DNA of 64,000 nt, taken from assembly GCA_008632985.1 (NCBI GenBank), contig QPGO01000133.1, positions 1-64,000 of the forward strand, in the 5' to 3' direction. Positions within the stretch are counted from its first letter, which is position 1. Every line of letters starts with the position of its first letter. The stretch is from Psammoneis japonica (lineage: Eukaryota). Position numbers and translations under genes: made by a program. Below are positions 12,483 through 25,200 of the stretch, in pieces. The notes below the pieces were generated by a model. That model saw only the letters and a list, made by a program, of their open reading frames with translations, made no database searches and had not been told where the DNA came from.

Positions 12483-14214
12483 AGCTGTTAGTTTATTCTA
12501 AAAGGTGGTTAAGAGCGATCAAACTTGCCATCGTCGCATCGGTGTATGGTTACCTGAATCATCGAACCGGCAAACTATGACAGTAGGAAACTTTGTAGGA
12601 CAAGAGAGCACAAAACGACACCCGGCGCATGGACAGAATTTTTTTGCTTTCGGCTATCCTGCTCACCGTTCCACTTTGAGGCAATGGCCTCCCAAAGCAA
12701 GGTTCTTCCACAATAGGTAGCACTGCCACCTGCCGGCCGATTCACCACATTGTTTCATTTTCGTAGTGTGACTCATCCTGCTCATCACACTATTTCTTGC
12801 TCTCTTCTGTAACACATGATGCCTGCACAGCTCCTCCCTCAAGAGCAGCAGCTCCTCCCTCAAGAGTGGTGGCATCTTTTGCCCAAACCCAAATGGAAAA
12901 ACACGTTGCTTGGCATTCCGGGAACCATGTCACTCCAAGATGCCACTGGCTTGGATGAAAATGTTTTTTGTTCACAGCTTGGTCATGCAAAACTCATTGA
13001 GTTGTGAAAAAAGGGCAGTGGTGGCTCTCTTCCTGGAGCACAGCACAAAGCACCAAGGTGATGCATGGTTGCAAGAGAGAGAAGAAAGAAGCACACTTTG
13101 AAAGACACACAACAAAAAACAGAAAGATGTTGGCTGCAGGCCAGCACAATTTGCCACTTGATCCCCCATTGCCTGGCACAGCAAGCAGGTGCAGTCTTCT
13201 CTGGGAGGGAGAGATGAGGCTTTGACAGCTGCAAAAAAAGCTCAAAATGGCCAAAAAGAGAAAGACAGTGCTTGCATGTAAAACAGAGCACAAAAATGTC
13301 ATGTTGAACACTGCCTGCCACAGCACCTGTGGCTGATGAGCCAAGATGTTCAGAAACAACAAAACAGCAGGTGTCCTCAACATTTTTTTCAGCAAAGCAA
13401 TGATTTCTTGGCAGGGGTGCTTGTGCTGGAGTTTGTGTGTGTGTTGTGCAAAAAGAAGGGTGCAGTGCACACAGAGCTTCTGCTCACAGACTGGAGCAGG
13501 AAGTGCAATGTTGAAAAAGGGCATGGCATTGTTGCCAAGTTTGCCAAGTTGTGAGTGTCTGGCATGCTCCAACTGAAGGCCCCACATGTTTTTTTCTGCA
13601 ACATCAGCTGTTGTCAAGAACATCAACACTCTGGAGTTTGTGCCACACAAGAAGCACAAAGATGTTTTGTCAAAATTTGTTGCTGGACAGAAAGGTGGAG
13701 TGTGCATTTTGGTCTGGTTCAGGGAGGCCTCAACATGCCAAGTCTGGGCGCCAGTGGATCATGACTGTGTGTGTCTTGCCCTCCCCCCAGTCTAATGAAT
13801 TTGCATTTGAGCTTTGCTTTTGCCAAATGTGGAAGATTTTTTGAGACAAGATGAGCCAACTTGACATCCTGCGTTGCCTTGAGATGACCAAGTGAATTTT
13901 GGTGATCTGGCCATTTCACATGTTTCTTGCAGTGCACCTGGTCATGTCCCCCCCCACCCAGGTCTCTCTCTTCACTTGTCTCTGTTCAAGGTTGGTTGTT
14001 CTTTCTTCTTTTTTGGGCTCTTTCTGTCTGTCCTGGCATGTGAACACATGACAATGTGAGCGGCAATCTAATGCTGGCGCATTGCGGGTCAACCCACGAC
14101 TCAAAAACCACACACAAAATTGGCCGGGTGTTGTGTGTGGTTCATCACCAGCACCAAGGTTTGACTGCAAAAAAGAAAAACAAACATCAACACAGCAAGG
14201 GATCAAGAGAGCAC

Positions 14215-15113
14215 TGTGTTGTTGCAAAGAGCCTCATTTCTGTCTGCACTCAAAATTTGTCAATCAGCATCTGCTGCCAATCAGGGCAGTGAGCTTCTTG
14301 TTCAAGTGAGCTGTTGATTCCACACGGAGCATTGTGCACAGTCTGTCACAGATCTTGTTAAACTGACTCATGATGTTTTGCAGTTTTTGGTCTTGCACAG
14401 TTTCCAGCAAGTTCAAAGAAAGAGGGTGGGTGTGATCATCAAGATGCTCAGTTTGGCATTCTGTCCTGTGGTGTGGATTCATTCAGGGGAACATTTGTCA
14501 TGCTCACTGTGTGCCCCACACTTCCATTGTTGCCACTGTGCATTCTTGTGGTGGATTGTGGAGGTTGTTTCTTTGTGCAAAAAGTCCGCAATGCTCAATG
14601 CAATGGTGCTGCTGCTGTGTTTGCAGTGGACAATGCCTGTCTTTGTTCCAATGAGGAGTGTTTGAATGACAACACTGAAGACGCTTCATCATCATGCCAA
14701 AACAAGGAGCTGATTCTTGCAGATGATGGCTTGGGCACCAACACATTTCCATTCCAACCTTTCTCAAGAAAAAAACAGATGCCAACAGGGTGAAACAAGA
14801 GCTCAAGGATGGAAATCTTGCTGTGATGGAAATGTTGTGGACCACAAAAGAAAAGGACCACGTTGTCTGTGAACTCCACATGGTTCCAACCAACTTTGCT
14901 TCTTGGGATTTTTTGCATGGCTTTGGCAATGTTGCAGCAGCATCAGGAACAAGGCGACCTTTGTTCCTTGCATGTCATGTGCATTTGCAATGGCACCAGG
15001 TCACACACTCAAGGAGTTTCTGGAGAGAATTTCTGTTTCAACAAGACCAGCCCAGACGATGATTTGGCAAAGGGCACATTGGGTGCCAGCATTGTTGCCA
15101 AAAGCCTTTGATG
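14215..15113 (+). pseudogene. Hypermutated, truncated copy of the VSR-like gene at 17246
   Basis: Colinear with 17246-18210 including intron 1, e.g. VDCGGCFFVQKVRNAQCNGAAAV vs VDRGGCTFVQKVRNAQHNGAAAV. Shows TA->TG/CA and CG->TG/CA changes plus indels. Confidence 0.9.
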
Positions 15114-15935
15114 TTCATTCACATGGGAACAATGTGCTCTTGCATGGGTGAGGCAGAGTCATCTGTCACCCAGTCATCACCCAATGCAGGGGACACAACC
15201 TTGCCAAGTTCTGCCCAAGACTGCCTCAGTCCCCAGGATTTAAGCCCAAAAAACCACCACCCAAGCCCCCATGCCCCCCTTGATGCTCCACCCATGGAGG
15301 GCAAGCCCGAGGCATGGGAGATGAAGTTGAGCCCAACAACAATGGCAAAGTGACATCCGATTTGAGAGTGCAAGCCAACTTGACAAAGGCACTGTCATCT
15401 GCAAAAGAGGAGAAGAAATCAGGCATGATGGGAGAGAGACAAGCAAACAGAAACAGATTTTTTCAAAACTTGCAGCAGTCCAGTCACAGTGACCAATGTT
15501 CCTGTTCCAACAAAGCTGGAAAAGTGAGAAGAGCAAAAAGACCATGCGGGGTCATCTTGGCTCAGATGTGCCCTCCTCCAGGTGGTCAGCAACCAGAAAG
15601 TGTCGCCCTTGTTGGGCGGGCATGCTGAAGGCTTGGTGTCTCCATCTAAACTTGGGTGTGAAGAGGACAAAAAGTTGTCAGCTGACGATGTTAGAGCAAG
15701 CAAGCAAGTTGTTGCCAATCTGAAATTTTGCTGCTGCACCCCCCTTGGTTGCCAACACAACAAAAATGCAGTGCCCCCCATTTTGTTGCTCCCTCAAGTC
15801 TGCATTTTTCCCTCCATGAAATGGCGCCACCGGCTGTTGAATGTGTTCGCTCAACAGCAACAACACATTTGATGTCATTGTTGTTGCAGCCACACTTGTT
15901 TGCATTCTTTTCATTTGTCAGCATGTGGCACAACA

Positions 15936-16550
15936 ATGGCACATGTGGCTGGAAGCAAAAACAACAAGAGTGAAGAACAACAGAGAGATTGAAATTGACA
16001 CGTCAATGGCTCACAAGCATCAGAGGCTCAAGTTTGTCCTTGAGCTTGTTGGCATCCTGTTGAACAACTTGCCACAAGTGCTTGAGAAAGCCAAGGACAT
16101 TGGCCTGATGCATGGTGGATGTTTGGGATTTGTTGAACAACAAGATGTGGATTGGCCAGTGCCAGAATGCAGCAGATTGCAGCATCGAAAGTTTGTGCAA
16201 GTGTGCAAACATCTCAAGCAGGGTGGTGTTTTGATGCATGGCATGACCATGACAGATGTGCACCACAAGAACAAACAAGATGAGGAAATGGAAAATCAAC
16301 AAAAAGAAAAACAAGAAAAGAGAAGAAGAAGAAAGACCATCTTCGGCTGCAACACAAGCACTGCGAGTCCTTCTGCAGTGGATGCCCCATCTTCGTCAAT
16401 GCAACAAAACTCCACCCCCAACAAAAATTGCTTTGACAATGCCTCAAAGGCATTCAACCAAATGCCTCAGCAGATTCGAATGTGGCAATTGTTCAAAAGA
16501 CACAAGTGCGCGGCATTGTGGTGCACTCAAGGGATGTTTTGAGTTTTGGC
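15936..16550 (+). pseudogene. Hypermutated copy of the gene at 7277
   Basis: Colinear with 7277-7888, and flanks also align (7000-8315 vs 15700-17005). Examples: TATATG->CACATG and GTATGTGAATATC->GTGTGCAAACATC. Confidence 0.9.
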
Positions 16551-17245
16551 TGTGGCGAGCTGGTCGTTTGCACTTGTGGCAATGGCGGTTCTTGGAAACG
16601 GGCAACTGCATGAAAAGCACATTCACCAAGCTTTACATGGGAAGACGAATCTTTGAAAGCTTTCGTTTTGTCTCCACTTGACATCTTCGATTTCACGGCT
16701 CTGCTGCAAGAACCCAATGATGTTGGCCAGAGCTTTCAAGTGGTCAAGTGCCGTTTTTTTGTGCAGACTTTCTGCTGAAACACTCAACTTTGTTGATTGC
16801 ATTGGATGGCCCATTTTTCAATTTATGGGGCTTGCGAGTGGTGCAAAGGAACAGCTGCTGCATGCGGCGCGGCTGTTCAGTCGACTTCACAGTCCATTGA
16901 AAATCCACATGCGTGCTCACACACGGATTTTGAATGCCACTGACACTGCTGCAGGCATGTTTTTCCCTGTGTGTTTATTTGCGCTATCGTCATCACAGTT
17001 GGTCCTGGAGGTGCAAAATTTGAAAACAGCTTGTTTGGGTTCATCTCGCTCGCTCGGCTGGCTCGCTCCCAGCGCCTCAAGACAGTCTGCACGTCAGCCG
17101 TTTTTGCGATCCAACGCTCGTCGACCCACGACTCAAAATCCGCGCGTAAAACTTGAAAACGGTCGTGTGCGGTTTGTTGTTCCTTTCGCTTTTCGCTGTG
17201 TCGCACAACATAAAACATCAACGCAGCGAGGACGAAGAAAGCACC

Positions 17246-19844
17246 ATGTTGCAAAGAGCCTTATTTCTGTCGGCGCTCATCGTTTGTCAAAAAGTTTATG
17301 CTGTCAATTAGAACAGCAAGCTTTTCATTCATGTAAGCTTTTTATTCCATGCACAGCGCACAGCGCTATGCAAAGTCGATTGTATCTCATTTATTGAACC
17401 GATTCCTGACGTTTTGCAATTTTTTTTTTGTCTTGCACAGTCTCCATCAAGTTTAAAGAAAGAGGACGGATACGATCATCGAGATGCCTTGTTTGGCGTT
17501 CCACCCTATGGTGGATCCATTCAGGGGAATGTATATCACGTGCAAGACGATTTGTGTAGCGTGACGAGCCTTACAAATCTCACTGTGTTTCCCACGCAGC
17601 CATTGTCGCCACCGTACATTCTCATGGTGGATCGTGGAGGTTGTACCTTTGTACAAAAAGTCCGCAACGCTCAGCATAACGGTGCCGCTGCTGTGATTGT
17701 AGCGGATAACACCTGTCTTTGTTCCGATGAGGAATGTGTGAAAGAGAATACACAAGACTCTTCATCATGCCAAAACGAGGAACCCATTCTTGCCGATGAC
17801 GGCTCGGGTGCCGACATTTCCATTCCAACCTTTCTCATGAAAAAGACGGATGCCGAAAAGGTGAAACAAGAACTCAAGGATGGAAATCCTGTTGTAATGG
17901 AAATGTCGTGGACTACAAAAGAAAAGGACCACGTTGTCTATGAACTCTACACGGTTCCAACCGACTTTGCATCACGAGACTTTTTGCACGGTTTTGGCAA
18001 TGTCGCGGTAGCGTTAGGAAACAAGGCGACCTTTGTTCCTCACATGTATGTTTATGATGGCGCCAAGTCTCACTGTCAAGGTGATTCCGGAGAGAATTTC
18101 TGTTTTAATTTGTGTACAAACGGAGGACGCTACTGTGAGACCGACCCGGATAACGATTTAGAAAAGGGCACATCAGGTGCCGATGTTGTTGCCGAGAGTC
18201 TTCGACGTTTGTGTATATGGAAGCAATATGGAGAGACAGATGGTATCGGCAAGCCGTGGTGGGACTACGTGGCTGAGTTTGACAAGGAGTGCTCCGTGGC
18301 CGGCAAGTTCAACGACACTGCCTGCATCCAAGAGGCCTATGATCATGCGGGTGTCGACAAGAACAAGATTGATGCCTGTATGGAGGATAGTGGTGGCTTG
18401 ACGAACGATGCAGCAAATGCATTGCTAGATTTGGAAATCGCGGCAGCGACGAGCAATGGCGTGGTTGTTCTTCCCACCTTGCTTGTCCAAACTACTGCCG
18501 TTCGAGGGCAGCTATCCACACAAAACGCCTTTTTTGCGATTTGCGCTGCTTTTACGGAAGGCACAAAACCAAGCATCTGCAATGAGTGCTCTGATTGCGG
18601 TTCTAGTTTTGACGGCTGTATCGCCAATGAAAGATGCGCTCCTCCAAACCTCACGTTCCTGCGGAAAAACCTAGTGTAGAGAATTCGTACGACGATGCGC
18701 TACCAACGACCCATTCGAAGACATGCTGTCTTCTGAAACAGTAATGGAATTTCTCGGTGGGCTTGGAGATTGTGGAATTGATATGGAGGAATTATGGGCA
18801 CGGCGGCAGGCTTGGGTGGAGAGAATCCCGACATGCAAGATCTGTCTAGCCTAGCTGAGATGGATCTGTTGAAAGAGTCTCCGGCTTGCAGTGATGCAGA
18901 GAAGGACCGCATGAGTGAGGCATTTGAGTCATTCAATGCTTGCACTGGATATGACATGTTGGAGTTGGAAGAATTGTGGCCTAGCGCCTTGGTGGGCGTG
19001 ATACAGAAATGCGCAAAATCGTTGATGGAAGTAGCCATTTCAACGAACGTCACAGACCTGGCCAACGCGGACTTTGAGCTAGACGATGTCCCGAAAGAGT
19101 GTTCCTCGGCCTTGTTGGGAACAATCCGCTCGGAACAGCCATTCGTCGGTTACTGTTGCATCCCGACGAAACACTACCTTGCTTCCAAGCCGTGTCTGAA
19201 GAGCTTCCACGGTGCTCGCTTGATCTTGGCCTATTGGCATTGATGGCGGACTGCTCAAGCTAGGCTCGTGTATAATTGGCAAAACCACTCCTCTTTGGGA
19301 AGGCTTTTGCAACATTACGTTGACAGGCTTTGACGAGTGTTTGCCCAAGAAGGGTGCCTTTGTTGAATCGGACTGTGAGACTGTTGCTCATTCTTGCGCC
19401 AATACTTCTGAAGGAGCACTGGGAGCATTCTTTGATTTGCCAAAGTCCTTAATGGGACTCCCGCTACCTGATACATGCGTCCGCTTGAGCAGTGTCAATC
19501 CGAAAGGTGCCGTAGTAGATCGATATGATGAGTTTCGGTCGACCTGCACGGCGGGAAGTCCCTTGTGGACAGCCTGGGAAAACGGAGACGTCGAGTCGGC
19601 TCAGCTGTATTTAGAAACCATGACTAGTGGGCCTTCTCAATCATTGGCTCTTCTGAAGGACGCCAAAACCGGGAGTTCGATAATTTCGTTTTTCAGTGGT
19701 TTGGTCACTGGCATGTGTGCTGTCGGACTTGCTGTCGCTGTTGTCATGGTACGAAAGAGACAAGTCAACAAGAAAGGAGCAGCAGCAGAAACAGCAAATG
19801 CCAAGTACAGTCCTGTTGTCCCCGATGAAGGAGAAATGGCCTGA
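17246..19844 (+). pseudogene. Vacuolar sorting receptor-like gene (signal peptide, PA domain, VSR central domain, Cys-rich region, TM, YxxPhi tail), disrupted
   Basis: Exon 1 (17246-17332) encodes a signal peptide with an in-frame TAG at 17309-17311; intron 17333-17440. Motifs ALFGVPPYGGSI, VDRGGCTFVQKVRNAQ, CTNGGRYC and ESLRRLCIW. Downstream fragments 18794-19243 and 19320-19844 carry the TM and KYSPV. A single gene spanning the frameshifts is inferred. Confidence 0.7.
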
Positions 19845-20270
19845 GTCTCGCCCAGACAGATAGAACCCCGTGTATAGATTCTTCTTAGTTTTGAATTATT
19901 GTAACATTTCGATTGTTTCGTGATGTTCACAGCCCGCTGTTTCTACTGAAAACATTGAAGGCCGTAGTGTCGGCGTTCGTTTCGTAATCTACATTGGTAC
20001 AGCCACCTGATCAAAACTATTGAGTACCTGGTATGACCTGTCCCGATACATGGAGGCTTTGTGTCAGCGAAGGCGAATGCTAGAGCTAGGGAACTTTTAA
20101 TGAGTCTCGCGTCTCGCTGATGTTGGTCGCGGAAGTCCTTCCAATCAGTCAGTCGTGTCGTGCGACCAACCGTAGAGCGGTTTTCGATTCGCGAACCCCA
20201 CTGATCTTGTTTTCTTTATGTCGTTGTTGCTCTCCTACTTCTCTACTAGAGTAGAGAGAGAAATAAAGCA

Positions 20271-20991
20271 ATGAGTGATTCAGATGAGCCCTTGCGCAAG
20301 CAGGTAGGCAAAGCCCGCAGAACTGGATACAGAAGAAGAGAGCCAGAAAATGCAAACCAACAAGGTGCTGGGGACGAAGAAGAACGAAATAATGTTCTCA
20401 GCGACGGATTGGATCGAGAACAACACGTGACACCAAGTGTGCTTTCGAACGGCGTCAATTAAAGCTTGCACAGACAACTTCTCTGGACTTGTCCCTGGTG
20501 CATATGCAGTGGGTCCGAGTGGCGGTATAGTTAGACGTGGTAGTGACGACAACATTAGTGCATCATCATCCTCGCATGCCACGTCAAGCGTTGACGTCTC
20601 GGACGATGAGAATTCCGAGTCCAACGACAAAATCAAAATGACGCGGATAAATCTCTACTGGCCATGGAGACTGCCGATGACAAAATGACAACAAAGAGCA
20701 TGACACTGGCATGGTTGAACAAGCTCATCCTGCTACTAAAAATAATTCCAGCAACTGGACAGCCATCAAGTTTTCTTGGAGCGAAAAGCCAAGGCACAAG
20801 CCCAGCTAGTAGAGCTCAATGTCATTAAGGTTCAAATCGAAATGCTTCAATACTTTTTGTCCAGCACAGACGAGTCTCAATTCAGTCCCGAAAATCAAGC
20901 CCGCTATCAAGAAGCACGAAACGACGCCCAAGGTGCAATTCTAGCTCTTTCTTCTAGGATTGCTGAATTGGCAATGTCAAGAGCCGGCTAA
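20271..20991 (+). pseudogene. Hypothetical protein with PGAYAV motif and C-terminal coiled coil, frameshifted
   Basis: Three consecutive protein-like ORF fragments (20271-20462, 20437-20688, 20776-20991) with normal composition. Confidence 0.45.
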
Positions 20992-21110
20992 AAAAGAACA
21001 TTTCGAGTCGATGTTAGTTTGTAAATCCCTTTTTTCTAAACACAACCCGTGTACTAATAGCCCCCGTGTGCGTAGAGTCTGTAGTTGATCGACCTACAAC
21101 AATATTTTAT

Positions 21111-21930
21111 CTAAAAACCACTAGGCTTGTGATCCCATATATTCACTGCAAAGGTATATCGCTTTCCATTCTCAATCTCATTGACACGATGCCATTTTGA
21201 AACATTGAGAATGACGAGTCGATTGTATTCGGGACGAATCGCTTCGGGTGCCGTTTCAATTTCCATCTCGGTCGCGTCCGCAGGGAGAATTTCCAAGTAT
21301 CCACCCATCAGGTCATGATGCGGATATCCGTACAATACGGCACCCATGACTGGATGAGCCAATACCTCTTGAGATTCGTACAAGCCTTCATCCTTGTCGA
21401 CATGCCACGCCAGTCCCTTGGTGGTGGACAAAATGTTGCACCAATACTCGTAGCCCACAAAGTCGTGCTCCGTTTTGGACCAAATGTCAATGGCCAACTG
21501 CTGCCAAAGATTCAATTCTTCATGTCCCCCTTTCACCTATTTTATCCATCCATTGCGTCGGACGGTCGTTGCATTCTTCCCACAGAGTCTTGTTTGCCAG
21601 TTTTATTAGGATATCCTTGTCTTGCACAAAGGAATTAAAAATCGTCAACCCGCCATTACTCTTGGACGTTTCAATACGATTCCATTCCTTTCTACTTCTT
21701 CCAAGGGATCCACAGGAGGCAGCGGTGCTTGTCGCGGATTGGACGACGTCGTCATGGGATTCTCATTATCATTTCTTGTGTTGGTCGTCCAACCATTGTC
21801 ATGATTGTAGTTGTTTGTTAAGAATTGACGAATCACCATGGATGCCACCACGATAAAGACACCCACAAAAAAGGGATTCACCACATTTTGCTTGTCATTA
21901 CTATTGTTAATGACTGTCTTGTTGTCGTCA
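21111..21930 (-). pseudogene. 2OG-Fe(II) oxygenase with N-terminal membrane anchor; 5' part frameshifted
   Basis: WHVDKDE (HxD)...GGYLEI...PEYNRLVIL...WHRV...RYTFAVNIW lies in 21111-21536. Upstream segments sit in other frames (FVQDKDILIKLANKTLWEEC; hydrophobic PFFVGVFIVVASMVI). Confidence 0.65.
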
Positions 21931-22043
21931 TGGTGGATTCATCGACTCGAATCTTTTGTGGATGCGATGGATGCAGCAGCGACAAAGAGCAAACCGCGTG
22001 TTTGCAAGGATTTTTTGTTCAGTGAGGGGCTTATTCCGGCCCG

Positions 22044-22199
22044 ATTTTTGATTTTTTGCACGTCACAAGTGATTTATGTTTTATCCAAGCTCTTGTATAT
22101 TGAAAAAGCTAATTTTTGATGTTTTGCACGTCATATAGATTTATTTTATATTCATGTGTGTATATAAAATATTTTCATTTTTGATTTTTTTGCACGTCA
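22044..22199. repeat. Three copies of ATTTTTGAT(T/G)TTTTGCACGTCA
   Basis: Copies at 22044-22065, 22112-22132 and 22177-22199, separated by AT-rich spacers. Confidence 0.85.
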
Positions 22200-22227
22200 C
22201 GCCATCCAGGTAGTTTAGGCGCTTGTG

Positions 22228-25200
22228 ACACAAGCAATGTGATGGGCCAGTGGTGCTGGCGTTGAGTTCAATCCGTCGAGGCGGATTTGTCGCTGAAGGT
22301 GCAGTGCAGAAATTGTGAGAATGCAGCATCAACATGACGGATTTTTGTGACATGCTATTGCATCTTTGGTGTTGTTTCTCACTTCTTGTCATCATTTTGA
22401 CGCATGTGCCACAAGGTGTCCACGGGGCTTGGGTTTTTATGGTGCTGACTTTCTCTTCGGAACTTGTCGTTGAATGATCAAAATTGAGCTGCCACTGGAA
22501 TTTATGGCAAAGAGTTGGCGGCGGTGATGTCTCAACATCCCTTGGGCCGATTTTCGCGATTCTTGTTTCATCACCAATGGAAATTGTACAAGGAATCCAA
22601 GAGGCTTGGTTTTGTTGTGCAAAATTCCATTCTGTGCAGATGGATTTATTGGGTGCCGTGCGCACAGAAATGATGCTTCAATTGGAAGGGGCGCTCCAGC
22701 GATGTTGTGGATTGAACAAGGAAGAATGAAGCCCCAGACACACACTGCATGTGACAAGAATGTCAAATGTGAATGTCAAACATGGCACGGGGTTTTTTAC
22801 GTCAGTTGATCGTGTCGGGTTGCCTTGATTTGACAGAACATTCCACGGCACCAACCGGTTTGACATGTGGCTGGAAATCGGCTTCCTCCAGTGTTCCAAC
22901 CAATTTGACCTTGCTTGCATGGGCAAGCTGTTGTCGCCTGGTTCGGGCGTTCCATGCGCCTTTAGACCCATCCACCACGACATCGTTGGGGGTTGTTTGA
23001 ATGGCCTCTGGTTGGTGAAGTCTTGTTCACATTGACAAGTCACCCCGCCAAGAAATAACGTGAGTGCTGTCAAGGTTGGCTTGTAATGCTTTTTAGACGG
23101 CATGGTCTCGGTTGTGTTGTTGCACAAATCCATCAAAAACGCGACGCACCATGCAACAACCCGGTTGTTTCGACACGGGAAAAATTCCCGTGCTTCCTCC
23201 ACAAGAACACGGAAGATGCGGTTGCTGAAGTGGGGTAACGGTCAGTGCAATGTGTGGAATTCAACGGAGAAATGCTACGGAATGCAACATGGGTTGTGTT
23301 CCCGGGATAATGTGGAGGTAGACGGAAAGAATGCAACCCTGGGTACAACTGCGCAGGGTCTAGCACTTCTTCTACAGGGTCACCAGGAAAGCACAGACAC
23401 CGACTTCCGCTACATCAACCTGCAGCACCCTCCAAGACGCGCAGCTGCGAAGACAACCAAAAAAGAAAACGATCGCGACAATGGCCTCCCTTGCGTCGCT
23501 GACATCTATGTCTATTTTTGCCGTATTTTCCCGTTTCTTTTCGCAGCATTCGGAGCTTTTATACAAGCAATGTGATGGGCTAGTGGTGCTGGCGTTGAGT
23601 TCAATCCGTCGAGGCGGATTTGTTGCTGAAGGTGCAGTGCAGAAATTGTGAGAATGCAGCATCAACATGACGGATTTTTGTGACATGCTGTTGCATCTTT
23701 GGTGTTGTTTCTCACTTCTTGTCATTGTTTTGACGTATGTGCCACAAGGTGTCCACGGGGCTTGGGTTTTTATGGTGCTGACTTTCTCTTCGGAACTTGT
23801 CGTTGAATGATCAAAATTGAGCTGCCACTGGAATTTATGGCAAAGAGTTGGCGGCGGTGATGTCTCAACATCCCTTGGGCCGATTTTCGCGATTCTTGTT
23901 TCATCACCAATGGAAATTGTACAAGGAATCCAAGAGGCTTGGTTTTGTTGTGCAAAATTCCATTCTGTGCAGATGGATTTGTTGGATGCCGTGCGCACAG
24001 AAATGATGCTTCAATTGGAAGGGGCGCTCCAGCGATGTTGTGGATTGAACAAGGAAGAATGAAGCCCCAGACATGCACTGCATGTGACAAGAATGTTAAA
24101 TGTGAATGTCAAACATGGCACGGGGTTTTTTACGTCAGTTGATCGTGTCGGGTTGCCTTGATTTGACAGAACATTCCACGGCACCAACCGGTTTGACATG
24201 TGGCTGGAAATCGGCTTCCTCCAGTGTTCCAACCAATTTGACCTTGCTTGCATGGGCAAGCTGTTGTCGCCTGGTTCGGGCGTTCCATGCGCCTTTAGAC
24301 CCATCCACCACGACATCGTTGGGGGTTGTTTGAATGGCCTCTGGTTGGTGAAGTCTTGTTCACATTGACAAGTCACCCCGCCAAGAAATGACGTGAGTGC
24401 TGTCAAGGTTGGCTTGCAATGCTTTTTAGACGGCATGGTCTCGGTTGTGTTGTTGCACAAATCTGTCAAAAACGCGACGTACCATGCAACAACCCGGTTG
24501 TTTCGATGCGGGAAAAATTCCCGTGCTTCCTCCACAAGAACACGGAAGATGCGGTCGCTGAAGTGGGGTAACGGTCAGTGCAATGTGTAGAATTCAACGG
24601 AGAAATGCTACGGAATACAACATGGGTTGTATTCCCGGGACAATGTGGAGGTAGACGGAAAGAATGCAACCCTGGGTACAACTGCGTAGGGTCTAGTGCT
24701 TCTTCTACAGGGTCACCAGGAAAGCACAGACACCGACTTCCGCTACATCAACCTGCAGCACCCTCCAAGACGCGCAGCTGCGAAGACAACCAAAAAAGAA
24801 AACGATCGCGACAATGGCCTCCCTTGCGTCGCTGATGTCTACATCTGTTTTTGCCGCAATTTCCTGTTTCTTTTCGCAGCATTCGGAGCTTTTACACAAG
24901 CAATGTGATGGGCCAGTGGTGCTGGCGTTGAGTTCAATCCGTCGAGGCGGATTTGTCGCTGAAGGTGCAGTGCAGAAATTGTGAGAATGCAGCATCAACA
25001 TGACGGATTTTTGTGACATGCTGTTGTGTCTTTGGTGTTGTTTCTCACTTCTTGTCATCATTTTGACGCATGTGCCACAAGGTGTCCACGGGGCTTGGGT
25101 TTTTATGGTGCTGACTTTCTCTTCGGAACTTGTCGTTGAATGATCAAAATTGAGCTGCCACTGGAATTTATGGCAAAGAGTTGGCGGCGGTGATGTCTCA

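Larger units (their letters stand above)
12790..17200. other. TpA/CpG-depleted block containing degenerate duplicates of neighbouring genes
   Basis: TA is nearly absent and recovers gradually towards 17250. Confidence 0.8.
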
